The position numbers and the translations under genes were made by a program. Shown in pieces: positions 10,018-19,900 of a stretch of DNA of 64,000 nt. Below the pieces are notes generated by a model. The model worked only from the letters and a program-made list of their open reading frames with translations. It had not been told where the DNA came from and did not search any database. Position 1 is the first letter of the stretch, and every line of letters starts with the position of its first letter. The stretch comes from Kiritimatiellia bacterium (GTDB lineage: Bacteria > Verrucomicrobiota > Kiritimatiellia > RFP12 > UBA1067). The stretch covers positions 5,929 through 69,928 of the forward strand of contig JBAYXX010000005.1 of NCBI GenBank assembly GCA_041673345.1, given 5' to 3'.

Positions 10018-10346
10018 TGTTTTCTCAAGCACAAACGCGTCATGAATCTTGCAAGCCATAACTAGCCTGCTCGCAGATGAAATTTTATCGGTATTGGAGT
10101 GAAGAAGTTCTAAAGTTCGAAAGTTCTAAAGCAGCTATCCGCCGCAACCAAATGAGTTTGTGTGATTTGTGAAAGGTCTTCGCTCTCATTGAGAAGTTTG
10201 TGATTAAGAGCCCGCTGCTTTAGTAACAAACACCGCGCGTTTGGGAAAACGAAGTTTGTAGTACAGGCTTTCTGTGTCCGGCGTAGCTGCGAAGCGCGAA
10301 GACGGAAGCCCGCTTAAAAGCGGTTTATTGAGAAGTTGCAATAAAG

Positions 10347-10382
10347 GTTATAAAAAAGTAACACAGGCGTCTCGCCTGTGTT
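10347..10382 (-). terminator. rho-independent terminator (minus strand)
   Basis: The minus strand reads AACACAGGCG-AGA-CGCCTGTGTT, a 10-bp GC-rich stem, followed by ACTTTTTTA. It lies about 600 nt downstream of the lysA stop. Confidence 0.55.
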
Positions 10383-10750
10383 TGGCACGTAATTCACAGC
10401 CGAGACAGCTGTGCTACTTTCTCGCCCTTCAAAAAAACTAGCTCCTGATTAGTGCCGCATTCTTGCACATTGACCCCTGAAAACAGTGAGTTGTCTAAAA
10501 ACCGTGAGTTGGTGGTTGTTCCAGACACCACCTTAAGTGCTTCCACTCAAGAACTTATGAAGATGGTTGTCTGAACCTCCTGTTTTTTGCGACAGGAGTT
10601 GAAAGAATAGCAACTAGGTCCGCGCGCTGGGCGCAGAGTGGAGAAGGGCATGAGTGCGTGAGTGCGGAATTTTTAATCGTAATCCGCTATCGCATGCCGC
10701 GCCGAACGACTGGAAGGCGGGTCGCACATCATCGTCGGCCAGCATCGAAT

Positions 10751-10870
10751 GTAGTAGCCGCTCTATGAGCGGCATGTGTCGCTCATAGAGCGACTACTAC
10801 ACCAACCTCTGTGTCGCTCATAGAGCGACTACTACACCAACCTCTGTGTCGCTCATAGAGCGACTACTAC
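10751..10870. repeat. REP-A array: one inverted copy plus three head-to-tail units (35-bp period)
   Basis: GTAGTAGCCGCTCTATGAGCGGCAT is followed by (GTGTCGCTCATAGAGCGACTACTACACCAACCTCT) x3. This is the reverse complement of the array at 39181-39407. Confidence 0.9.
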
Positions 10871-10982
10871 ACTAAACCCCGATAAACATTCGATAAACAA
10901 CTTTTTAGAAAGAACAATTAATTGTTTTTTCTAGTCGCCTAAGCGACTAAAGTTAAAAGCTAGCGCCAGCGGTGCTACCCCC

Positions 10983-12233
10983 TCACAGCGCAAAAAAATC
11001 CAGTGTCGCGAAGTAGTCCTCAATGGTCTCCGCTCTGCGTATCAACTCGACGCTGCGATCCTCGCGCAGCAGCAGCTCAGCTGAACGCAGCTTTCCGTTA
11101 TACTGAAAGCCCATGGCGTGGCCATGCGCGCCGGTGTCATGAATCACCACCAGATCACCTGGCGCGGCATCGGGCAGCTTGCGATTAACAGCGAATTTGT
11201 CGTTGTTCTCACACAGCGAACCGGTCACGTCGAAGACCCTCGCGCCGGGCTGCCCAGTACGGACGGGAATGGTGATGTGGTGATAGGCTCCGTAGAGCGC
11301 GGGGCGCATAAGATTGGCCATGCAGGCATCCAGACCGATGTAGCTCTTGTAGGTCTCCTTGACGTGCAGGACCTTTGAAACCAGATAACCATAGGGTCCG
11401 GTCACCATGCGCCCGCACTCCAGGTAGATTTTCAACTCCGGATGTCCTTTTTTGATCAAACGTGCCTGATAGGCCTTACGAATACCTTCACCGACAAACT
11501 CCAGATCAACCGGCAAATCCTCGGGTTTGTAGGGAATGCCGATCCCGCCACCGAGGTTGATAAATTCAAAGATGACACCAAGTTTAGTATTAATCTCCAT
11601 AGCAAGGTCGAATAGGATCTCAGCTGTCTCAATAAAATAGTTGGGATTGAGTTCATTTGAGGCCACCATAGTGTGCAGACCAAAGCGCTTGACCCCTAAT
11701 TGTTTGAGTTTCGCATAGCCCTCAAAGAGCTGGCTGAGTGTAAAGCCATACTTGGCCTCCTTTGGGTTGCCAATAATTGCATTACCATCCTTTAAAGACC
11801 CGGGGTTGTAGCGCAAACAAACCAATTCAGGGATGCCAGCGCACTTATCTAGGTAATCAATATGCGTGATATCATCGAGATTGATCACAGCACCCAGCTC
11901 TCTGGCTTTCACAAACTCAGATTCCGGGGTGTTATTGGAGGTGAACATGATTGATTCGCCGGTCACACCGATCTTTTCAGAGAGAATCAGCTCCGGCAGA
12001 GAGCTGCAATCCATGCCAAACCCCTCCTCCTTCACGATCTGCATCAAACGTGGGTTAGGGCAGGCTTTAACTGCAAAATACTCTTTAAATCCTGGATTCC
12101 ACGCAAAGGCTGCCAGCAGCCTGCGGGCATTTTCGCGTATGCCTCTCTCATCATAGATATGAAAAGGGGTTGGATATTTCTCAGCAATGGCTGTAATCTC
12201 TTCCAGCGTGAATGGTAAACTTTTCTTCGGCAT
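10983..12233 (-). CDS. lysA: diaminopimelate decarboxylase-like PLP decarboxylase (Orn/DAP/Arg decarboxylase family 2)
   Basis: ORF 10983..12515 trimmed to Met95 (MPKKSLPFTLEE, ATG at 12233), because the upstream part overlaps the preceding gene. 416 aa. Motifs YFAVKACPNP (PLP Lys), GFGMDCSSLPEL, FTSNNTP, NLGGGIGIPY and the C-terminal CENNDKF. Confidence 0.7.
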   Translation of the reverse strand: MPKKSLPFTLEEITAIAEKYPTPFHIYDERGIRENARRLLAAFAWNPGFKEYFAVKACPNPRLMQIVKEEGFGMDCSSLPELILSEKIGVTGESIMFTSNNTPESEFVKARELGAVINLDDITHIDYLDKCAGIPELVCLRYNPGSLKDGNAIIGNPKEAKYGFTLSQLFEGYAKLKQLGVKRFGLHTMVASNELNPNYFIETAEILFDLAMEINTKLGVIFEFINLGGGIGIPYKPEDLPVDLEFVGEGIRKAYQARLIKKGHPELKIYLECGRMVTGPYGYLVSKVLHVKETYKSYIGLDACMANLMRPALYGAYHHITIPVRTGQPGARVFDVTGSLCENNDKFAVNRKLPDAAPGDLVVIHDTGAHGHAMGFQYNGKLRSAELLLREDRSVELIRRAETIEDYFATLDFFAL

Positions 12234-12252
12234 CAATATCACTCCAATAAGG

Positions 12253-14406
12253 CTATAACGCTGCATGGTAGTGCCGCGAGATCTCTTCAGCGCCCAGCAC
12301 ACGACCGAACACGGCCACCTCGTCCATGCGGCCTTCGAACCCCAGCTCACCATCACCCTTGCCACCGATCCACAAATCCGGTGCGGCATCCGGCACAGCA
12401 GTCTCCGCGACCATCTCGGGTTTGCCGTCGAGATACACCTTGACCGTCTGTCCATTGCGCACAAACGCCATGTGATGCCAGCTCTCTCGATCCACCCAAT
12501 TACGCAACGGCACATCGCTCTTGCCGCTCAAAGCCTGCCCGAGATCATCCCCGACATGGAACACCAGCCTTCCCGGTGCCTGAGCTGTGCCGCCGATGGC
12601 CAGCCGGTCGCCGTCACCGCGCGCGAACAGGTATCCTGTCACTGCGCGCGCGTCGGAAGGCATACAGTTATAAAACCAAAGCTCGATGCTGTAAGAACTG
12701 CCCAGCCCGGCCACTGCGGCCGACAACGGTGTGCCGACAAAATGCGGCACGCGGTTACAAGCGCCAAGCCCGGGAAAATCCTGTGCCTGCGCGCCGGGCA
12801 TGTGGTAGGCCGTTGGCATGCCAAACTTCCCCAGCGGCCGCCCATCCACCGCATTCAGCGCATGCGGCCCGGCCAACTCGTCCAACCGCCAATAGACCAA
12901 GGGTTTAGAGCTCATAACCGCCGCAGCGTACCGTGTTACCGGAATTGGCACACGCTTGATAGCCATGCCTCCGACCAACCCGGTCAACAGTTTCCCGACC
13001 TCCGCCACAATCTTCGGCTCAGCCTCTGTCTCCAGATAGCTGGAACGCGCCAGCCAGGTTGTGTACCCGCCCATAACCATCTGTTCCGGCGGCGGCAGAT
13101 AGCCGTTATAGCCGTTAGCAAGCATCACCGTAAAGGTGTGTTCGAACGGGCTCGCATCCGCGATCCGCAGCCCTGTGATCGCAAAAACCTCGCAGGGAAT
13201 ACCCACGATCGCCAACTTTCCAATACGCAAAGCCTGCAGTTTAATCCGAACGGTATTCGGCATCTCCGCCAGCAAAAATTGTTCACGCGCGTAAGTGCCG
13301 GAGCGCGAATCCACCTTCTCGCGTCCAGCCTCGATCTCCGCCATAAACTTCTTCGCCCACTTGATCTTGGGCTCGCGCAGTTTCAGTTCCAACTCTGACT
13401 CGCGCACATCCAGCGGCAACCAGTCACTCCAGGCCGCCGCACGGTAGGCCTTGCAGGCCGCCTGAGCCACAACCTCGGCAATAGAGTGCTTGTCGAACTT
13501 GTCCTGCTTCTCCAAAGTGTAATTTTTAAGATAAGCATCGCCACTAACTCCGTTGGCTAAAATTCCCACAAAAGGCTGCCCCTCTCCGCCTGCTTTCAAC
13601 AGATCTGCAACGCGCTCCGCGAAAATGCCGAAATAATCGGCCGAAAGAGCACTGGAACCAACATAGTGGATTGAAAAGCTCCCGAGCAAGGCAATCGGCG
13701 AACCGTCAGGACGACGCACCGCCAGCACGCTGACCTCCGGGTTCATCGGACCCGAAGGCTCCTCCCAGTCCGGGTTGCGATGTCCGGGGTGCATGGTCGC
13801 CCTGGTAGTGAACTCTCCGAAGGGATCCTCCTTGATGCGGTCCGGCCTCGTGATCCAGCGGCGCGACTGCGCCACTTCCGGCAGGCTTTCAACTGCCCAG
13901 CCGACCTGTGCCGGCACCAGCGCATTGCTCGCCTTATGAATACCCTCCGCGATCTTGCCCGGCAGCCACGCACGGTAACGCGGCTCGTAGTCTGTACCCA
14001 AAACACTGACTGCCGCCGGAGCGGAGTGCGTGTGCGTGGCCGAGATGAAAATTCGCCCGGTTGGAATCCCCGTCAAGCGGCTGGCAATTTGCTTGGCTTC
14101 TTCCAGTAATTCACGGTCCAGCATGCAGCTGTCGACCACTGCCATAGCGATTTGGCCCAGGCTGTCATCAAGCACTAAGCAGCGCGCGTGTAGAGGGTCA
14201 AGCGCACTCTTGGCATAGTGTGGCTTAAAACTTCCGTTCACGGTGATTGGGAAATATTCCGGCGTGATGTCTTGTGCGTAGGCCCCAGCTCGGAAAATCT
14301 TTTTGCCACCCCCCTGCGCGTTGCTTTGCGCGTACGCGGCAAAAGGCCGCATGCTCATCCCCACCAGTGCTGTTCCAGTTGTCACCAACATCTCACGTCT
14401 TTTCAT
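12253..14406 (-). CDS. secreted neutral/alkaline ceramidase-like N-terminal domain protein with a C-terminal LamG (concanavalin-A-like) domain
   Basis: ORF trimmed to the ATG at 14406 (MKRREMLVTTG, Tat-like signal) with GGGGGAG upstream. N-terminal segments GAYAQDITPE...DPLHARCLVLDD...ISATHTHSAP are ceramidase-like. The C-terminus has LamG hallmarks (WHHMAFVRNGQTVKVYLDG...GRMDEVAVFGRVL). Confidence 0.55.
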   Translation of the reverse strand: MKRREMLVTTGTALVGMSMRPFAAYAQSNAQGGGKKIFRAGAYAQDITPEYFPITVNGSFKPHYAKSALDPLHARCLVLDDSLGQIAMAVVDSCMLDRELLEEAKQIASRLTGIPTGRIFISATHTHSAPAAVSVLGTDYEPRYRAWLPGKIAEGIHKASNALVPAQVGWAVESLPEVAQSRRWITRPDRIKEDPFGEFTTRATMHPGHRNPDWEEPSGPMNPEVSVLAVRRPDGSPIALLGSFSIHYVGSSALSADYFGIFAERVADLLKAGGEGQPFVGILANGVSGDAYLKNYTLEKQDKFDKHSIAEVVAQAACKAYRAAAWSDWLPLDVRESELELKLREPKIKWAKKFMAEIEAGREKVDSRSGTYAREQFLLAEMPNTVRIKLQALRIGKLAIVGIPCEVFAITGLRIADASPFEHTFTVMLANGYNGYLPPPEQMVMGGYTTWLARSSYLETEAEPKIVAEVGKLLTGLVGGMAIKRVPIPVTRYAAAVMSSKPLVYWRLDELAGPHALNAVDGRPLGKFGMPTAYHMPGAQAQDFPGLGACNRVPHFVGTPLSAAVAGLGSSYSIELWFYNCMPSDARAVTGYLFARGDGDRLAIGGTAQAPGRLVFHVGDDLGQALSGKSDVPLRNWVDRESWHHMAFVRNGQTVKVYLDGKPEMVAETAVPDAAPDLWIGGKGDGELGFEGRMDEVAVFGRVLGAEEISRHYHAAL

Positions 14407-14610
14407 ATCTCCCCCTATCTTTGATTTGAACATTTAGCCGCGTTGACTTGATCATCTTCCATGGCTCAACCGCGCGGCTGGCGAAACCATTTATCCTCCA
14501 TGCTTTAAAGTGCGAAAGAGAAAACTAAAAAAGAACAGTTAAGCAAAAATTGCGGCACTACGCAAGCTGTTAAAAGCTGTTAAAAGTTTCGCGGAATTGT
14601 AATTTTTGCG

Positions 14611-15612
14611 TCAAGGATTATCTCTCACAGAGCCAGCTGTTTTCCCTGTTGCCGCCAAATAGATGACAAACTCATCCTCGCCATCCAATCCGAGTAAAGC
14701 ATCCATGCGGGCCTGATTGTAGCCCATGACCGCGCATATTCCACCCTGGATGGATTCAACCGCCAGATAGAGATTTTGACAGAGATGCCCAGCATCAAGT
14801 GCCACGATCTTCTCGGCGATGGAGCCGTATTTCCACTCACTTCGGTAAGGAATCGCAGCCCAGACAAAGGTCACTGCCGCCTCCCCAATAAAATCCTGGC
14901 CATAGCAAGCAGCTGTTACCTGCGTCCCCAGTGTAGCGTCCTCTTTGATCACCAGTAACTGATGCTCAATCGGCAGATAGCGATACAATCCAGGCGCGAC
15001 ACCTGTGACTCGGTTAATAAACAGGTAGCTTTCAAAGGGATGTTTGGCCCCGCCCGACGGCACCGTCCGATATTGAGCCAAGAGCGTTCCATCCCCATCG
15101 CGCTCGAGTTTGGATATCCCCTGAGTCGCCCAGAGCAGATAGCTCAACTCCTCGAGTGAGAACGGCGCATCAGAGTAATCACGCCGACTGCGACGGTCAT
15201 GAATCGCCTCCCGCACACTCATGGCGCCGACCGTGAATTTGTCGGGCGCGATCAAATCCAGCCGCCGCGCATTCGCTGGATAAGGCTTCTGGATTGGAGG
15301 CGGGACAATGCCTCGGTGGTTATCGGTGTCGAGGCGCCAGTCCGCAAGTGTGCCGCGCAGAAAGGCGCGGCGCTGCGACAGAGAGAGCGCCTCCACCCCG
15401 CGTAGCGGCGCGGGTGAAGGCTTTGCAGACGCGGCCTTCCGCGCGACAGATGTGAAAAAAACGCACACACAGAACCAGCCCAACAACACTGTAAAAACCA
15501 AGGTTTTTAAAGGTCGGAGCAATGCAACGCCCCTATTGAGAATCCGGAAAAAAACTGATTGTGACTGACGCAAATTTACTCGCTTTCTTATACAGTAATT
15601 CATTTGACACAT
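14611..15612 (-). CDS. SagB/ThcOx-type nitroreductase family dehydrogenase with an N-terminal membrane anchor
   Basis: 333 aa. Contains REAIHDRRSRRDYSDAPFSLEELSYLLWATQG and PSGGAKHPFE, typical of the SagB-type nitroreductase fold. Has a TM helix, LVFTVLLGWFCVCVFF. Confidence 0.65.
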   Translation of the reverse strand: MCQMNYCIRKRVNLRQSQSVFFRILNRGVALLRPLKTLVFTVLLGWFCVCVFFTSVARKAASAKPSPAPLRGVEALSLSQRRAFLRGTLADWRLDTDNHRGIVPPPIQKPYPANARRLDLIAPDKFTVGAMSVREAIHDRRSRRDYSDAPFSLEELSYLLWATQGISKLERDGDGTLLAQYRTVPSGGAKHPFESYLFINRVTGVAPGLYRYLPIEHQLLVIKEDATLGTQVTAACYGQDFIGEAAVTFVWAAIPYRSEWKYGSIAEKIVALDAGHLCQNLYLAVESIQGGICAVMGYNQARMDALLGLDGEDEFVIYLAATGKTAGSVRDNP

Positions 15613-15623
15613 TGTAATACTAT

Positions 15624-15842
15624 CATTCTTTTTCGCGCCTTTGTGCTTCTTTCAACTTCTCTTCTGCTTTTTCAGCCCGCTTGACACTGAACTCTATCTC
15701 GCTGGCTTCAATCCGCAATTGTTATGTCATCCTCCAACAACTCCGACAAAAAGCCATTTTAAACCCCGAAGTTCGCCTTGCTGCGCAATAACCTCTTCAT
15801 TGCCCAGTCAAAACTAACAACTTGTCTGATTTTGCGATGCAT
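15624..15842 (-). pseudogene. decayed remnant of a PD-(D/E)XK nuclease-family (Rpn-like) putative transposase gene
   Basis: The minus strand reads MHRKIRQVVSFDWAMKRLLRSKANFGV*NGFLSELLEDDITIAD*. I recognise the SFDxAxKRLLRxKANFxVLEGFLSELL N-terminus of this family. It is interrupted by in-frame stops and lacks the nuclease core. Recognition is from memory and not searched. Confidence 0.4.
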
Positions 15843-16074
15843 ACGAGATCTCCCTTTAAACCGCTGATATTTTATCAGTTACCCGTAGCCGCGGCAACTG
15901 CCTATCTGTCGGCAAGTAGTCTTGAAAAATTTGCGAACAGCGCGTCATGGGCCTGAAGCAAAATGCTGAGCAGCCTACTAGTTATGTCCCACTTGCATAG
16001 CATCTTCGACCCCGATGCCGACACCGACACCGAGTTGCGGACCACCACATATTGACTGCAGAGCCGACCTCCAT

Positions 16075-16201
16075 GCGGCATGTGTCGCTCATAGAGCGAC
16101 TACTACAGATGCGCGGCACGGCGGAATGCAAGAGTTGTCGCTCGGTGTAGTAGCCGCTCTATGAGCGGCATTGCATGTTTTGTGACGCTCGTTGAGCGGC
16201 A
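16075..16201. repeat. cluster of three REP-A copies (one degenerate) overlapping the mgtC 3' end
   Basis: GCGGCATGTGTCGCTCATAGAGCGACTACTAC lies at 16075-16106 and GTAGTAGCCGCTCTATGAGCGGCA at 16147-16170. A degenerate TGTGACGCTCGTTGAGCGGCA lies at 16181-16201. Confidence 0.8.
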
Positions 16202-16852
16202 TTGGTTGCTAAACCACTTTGAGTGGTTGGAGTGGGTGCGTGAGGCGATCCGCACATGCAGTGTTAGCGTTTCAACCTCTTTTTCGAAGTCATTTTCGTA
16301 TTCGTAGTCAATCAGTGTCACGCCTTGCTTGGCAAGCAGCTTCTTGAACCTGGTAACGTTGTCCTGGCCAGAAGAGCGAACAGTCACGGTGACGGATTTA
16401 TACCGTTGCGTCTGCAGCACGCTGTTTAGCTTTGCAAGCACCAGCAGTATGATCAAAGCCAGGCCAGTTGCGACCCCCGCGACAATGTACAACCCAAAGC
16501 CACACGCCAGCCCAACAGCCGCTGTGCACCAAAGGCTGGCCGCTGTTGTAAGCCCGCGGATATTCACGCCATACCGAACAATGGCACCAGCACCTAAGAA
16601 GCCAATGCCGGACATTACAGCAACAGCCACTCGGGCCGGATCAACGGAGACCCCTGGCGTCTGCCCTGCTCCAGCAAACTCACGGGTAAAGCTCAGACTG
16701 ACTATCATCGCCAATGCCGAACCCAACGCAACCAGCATCTGCGTGCGAAACCCGGCGCTGCGGCCGTGGTGCTCTCGCTCTATTCCGATCAATGCACCTA
16801 AGATTGCCGCCACCAGTAAACGTATACTTGCTTCTAATTCCCATGCCATCAT
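16103..16852 (-). CDS. mgtC: MgtC/SapB family protein (C-terminal ~32 aa read through REP-derived DNA)
   Basis: 249 aa. N-terminal LVAAILGALIGIEREHHGRSAGFRTQMLVALGSAL is the MgtC signature. There are 4-5 TM segments plus a soluble C-domain. The stop TAG (16105-16103) lies in the GTAG head of a REP. Confidence 0.8.
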   Translation of the reverse strand: MMAWELEASIRLLVAAILGALIGIEREHHGRSAGFRTQMLVALGSALAMIVSLSFTREFAGAGQTPGVSVDPARVAVAVMSGIGFLGAGAIVRYGVNIRGLTTAASLWCTAAVGLACGFGLYIVAGVATGLALIILLVLAKLNSVLQTQRYKSVTVTVRSSGQDNVTRFKKLLAKQGVTLIDYEYENDFEKEVETLTLHVRIASRTHSNHSKWFSNQCRSTSVTKHAMPLIERLLHRATTLAFRRAAHL

Positions 16853-16936
16853 TAGGTTGATCCCCTTAATTTCCGTGCTTTAAAACATACCTCCAACTCC
16901 CTAACCCCTCCCGCTCCCTAAACCCTCTCGCTCCCT

Positions 16937-16959
16937 AAACCGCACCAACGGTGCGGTTT
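16937..16959 (-). terminator. weak hairpin overlapping the stop codon of the GspK-like gene
   Basis: The minus strand reads TAAACCGCACC-GTTG-GGTGCGGTTT. The stem is 10 bp but only three T follow it. Confidence 0.25.
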
Positions 16960-19900
16960 ACTGCGTGAGTTTGCGCCACTCGGCAATGGTCCAGTTGCCG
17001 GAGTAGGCATCGCGGATCACAGTGACTGCGGCGCGCTGTTCAGCGAGAACCGTGGGGTTCTCAGATGCCTCTGTGCCTGGTGCCAGGGTCTGGGCGGCCA
17101 GAATGATAACAAATACATTCTGGCGGAAGGAGACCTTGTCGATGATCCCGCGTAGCACATCCTCGATGTAGTTGTGCATGTGGGTGTGGTTTTTTACATT
17201 GCTGTCATCTTGAATATTGTACATTTTGTTAGTTGCGAGTGCTGGCAGCATATCGGCAAAGCAACGCCAGCCAGTGTTGTACTGATCCTTGGTGAGTGCT
17301 TCGGCCCAAAGTTCGGGCCAGCTGTTATTGCTGGAAAGTTTTCCGTATGTGCCGGAAGCAAATGACCAAGCGTTTGTCCATCCAACCATCACATCGCTGA
17401 AAAGGATATCCAGAGTTGGTTTCAAGGTAGTGTTAGCCTGCACAAGGCCGCGGACCGGCTTATTGGGTTTGATTGTGAAAAAGTCCAGCAGGGAAGCGCC
17501 AGAGATCGTTTCAAAGCTGATGGTATCGGCGGGTTCATACTCAGGTGCAAGTTTTTCTTCACTGTATTCAGCTACCGGATTTATAGTAGAACCGTTTCCA
17601 CTTATACCATTTAAACTTTCGTTTTTTTTCAATTTCCTGAACTCGGTATAAATATGCCCGAGGTCTCCGATGGTTTGCAAAGGGGTATTGAAATGAATGA
17701 ACGGCAGCTCTTTTACGCCGGTGAGAATGTGAATATCCGGGTTGGTGTTTTCTGCGTCCCAATTTGTGTGGAACTCAAGCCAGCGATCTTCGTATCCATT
17801 GTCACGCGGATCAGCAACGTACATATTTGCGGGAGCGAGCCAACCCTTGACTGTGTCATGCAAAGGGTTCTTGTCTTTTTCGTGCATCACCGCTTCGTTA
17901 ACAATGCGGTCGGTAAAGGGGCGCGCGTTTGCGTCTGGAGCGAGCTCTGTTATAATGTCCGCACCAATTATTGTGGTTACTGGTCGAATCCAGATGGTGT
18001 TGGTTACGCTGTCCTCTCGTATGTAGCCAAGCGCATAGCAGTTTGTGACGATTTCGCGCTCCTCCGATTCAGGCGGGTAGCCCGGGGGGATTTGTTCGGT
18101 TATCTCCATAAAGGATATTGTTTGCTTAGGATAAACAGTCCAAAAGTATCCATTAACGTTATCAGGATCTGTCATTGCTGTCGTTTTTAAATCGAAGAAG
18201 GGCGAGTCTGGATCCAGCCAGTGTTTATCTTTTTCGGTCATGTTCCCCAGAGAGGGTTCGATGATTTGGGGTATGAGAGTGTTCTGTATTCCCGGGGAAT
18301 TACTAATGTAGTTGAATAACTCATTCCATTTGTTGAGTTTTTTGATGTCTTCAGTGGTCAGAAGCATGAAGTCATGGATAGCGCTGATGCTGTTTGTTGG
18401 CAGCATCAGAAAAAGTTCGTTTAAAGCCAGCTTAAGTCTTTTCGGTATGTAAAGAGGGGTGACCTGCTCGACTGTGTATTGATTAAAGAGGTTTGTATAT
18501 GTCGTAAACTGTGGCGGCTCTATGTCCGGAGATAGGCGCACAGCCGTAATTAAGTTGGTTGAAATAACAGCTGTAACAAAGTTTGAGCTGATCATGTAAT
18601 TTTGACTAGGTGTGCTGCCATAAATTATCGCTCTGGCTATATTATTTGTGTAATCAAGCGCTACAAGATCTCCGTTCTCATCAATAATACCGCCGAGCAG
18701 CGAGTTTGTGATTGTTCCGGTTAGAGAGTCTTCCCAGTACATGACCATGTACTCCTGATCATCCGTATATTGGCTGTAAATAAATTCGTTTGTTACACCT
18801 GGGTAGGCAATGTTGAGCCAGTGGTTGGTTTGTGTGATGCCTGATGTTTCCAGGTAAAAGGTCTTGTATAGCGGGGAGTTTGTCATTACAACAGTAAACC
18901 ACTCCTCTCCCAGTTCTGTTGTTTCGCGCCAGAGAGGGCTATTTATCATTGCTGGAGTGAACCAGTTGTCGCCCCTGTTTGTGATTTTCTGCCAGAGTGG
19001 ATTTCCGTCAAGATATGCCCAGCCAACTTCGTTTGTGTACTCCCGCGCCCAGGTTTCAAATAGAACCTTCATTACGATATTTGTGCCAAAGAAGTTTTCC
19101 AGCTCTCTACTTGAAAGGGGACGATTGGTTGTGGTGATAACATCCGCTTCATTGGTATAGATGCCGACATAACAGGCTGGGTCAACAAGCCTTGGATCTG
19201 ATCTTGAGTCGTTATAGTAAGAGTCAGGGGCAACTTCGTCTCTAAAAGGCGAGTTGGGGGCAAATGGATACCAGAGCTCAACTGCGACGGCGTAGTGGTT
19301 GCTGAGGTTCGGGTCAACATTGTAATAGTTGTAGTTTTTTAATTTATCTTGTGGTCCAATGTAATCGGTATTCCCTGCGCCATCATCAATATTAAAGAGT
19401 GATATCTTGCTGATCAGGGGCACATCTTCCACGGCAAAGTTGGCGCGCGTCGGCATCTCATATTCGATTAAGTTTGAAACATCTGGAATTCTGTCGTAGT
19501 CGATGAAGTTAGCGATCGACCAGGCGAGACGGTGGCCTTTGTCAAAGACGAGGTTTTCGCTCCCCATATCTTTGTTGCGGCATATCTCTGAGATGCACCA
19601 GGCTGGCAGCAACCACTCAGCTATAAATTGACCGTTATTTTTCCAGAGATCGATCGATGCTGGGGTGTAGTTTCTCAGGACATTGGTGATGCTGTTGATG
19701 TTGAATTTATTGTACGTGTATGTGTTTGTGCTCAACAGCTGATAGAGTACAGATAGCTTTTCGGAGTCGGGGAGGCTCAGGTTATTAAGGTCAACCCGCA
19801 GTTGCGACCCAAAGGCATCGCGGCCTAAAACATCCTCGGTACCTGGCCCGCTCATGGGAGCATAGTGTCGGAAGGTGTTGGGGTTGGGGTCGTAGGAGGT

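Noticed and set aside
9930-10983. Search for SRP RNA, tmRNA, RNase P RNA or tRNA in the large gene-free gap upstream of ybaB, where ffs and dnaX are often nearby. The other long intergenic regions were searched as well.
   Set aside because: I could not find the conserved cores by eye: the GGAAGCAGCC-type SRP domain IV, the tmRNA CCA-acceptor and tag ORF, the RNase P GAGGAAAGTCC motif, or tRNA cloverleaf T-loops (GTTCGAAT). A covariance-model scan is still needed to be certain.
12234-12515. N-terminal 94-aa extension of the lysA ORF (10983..12515).
   Set aside because: It overlaps the 3' end of the upstream ceramidase-like gene in another frame and is Cys/Arg/Trp-rich. Homology-like sequence begins at MPKKSLPF (12233).
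12265-13398. 377-aa ORF on the plus strand. Many other long antisense ORFs are similar, for example 3033..3662, 4667..5413, 16329..16883, 28611..29168, 53895..54566 and 62204..62746.
   Set aside because: They are antisense shadows of well-supported minus-strand genes, with Arg/His/Gln/Pro-rich composition typical of antisense frames in GC-moderate DNA.
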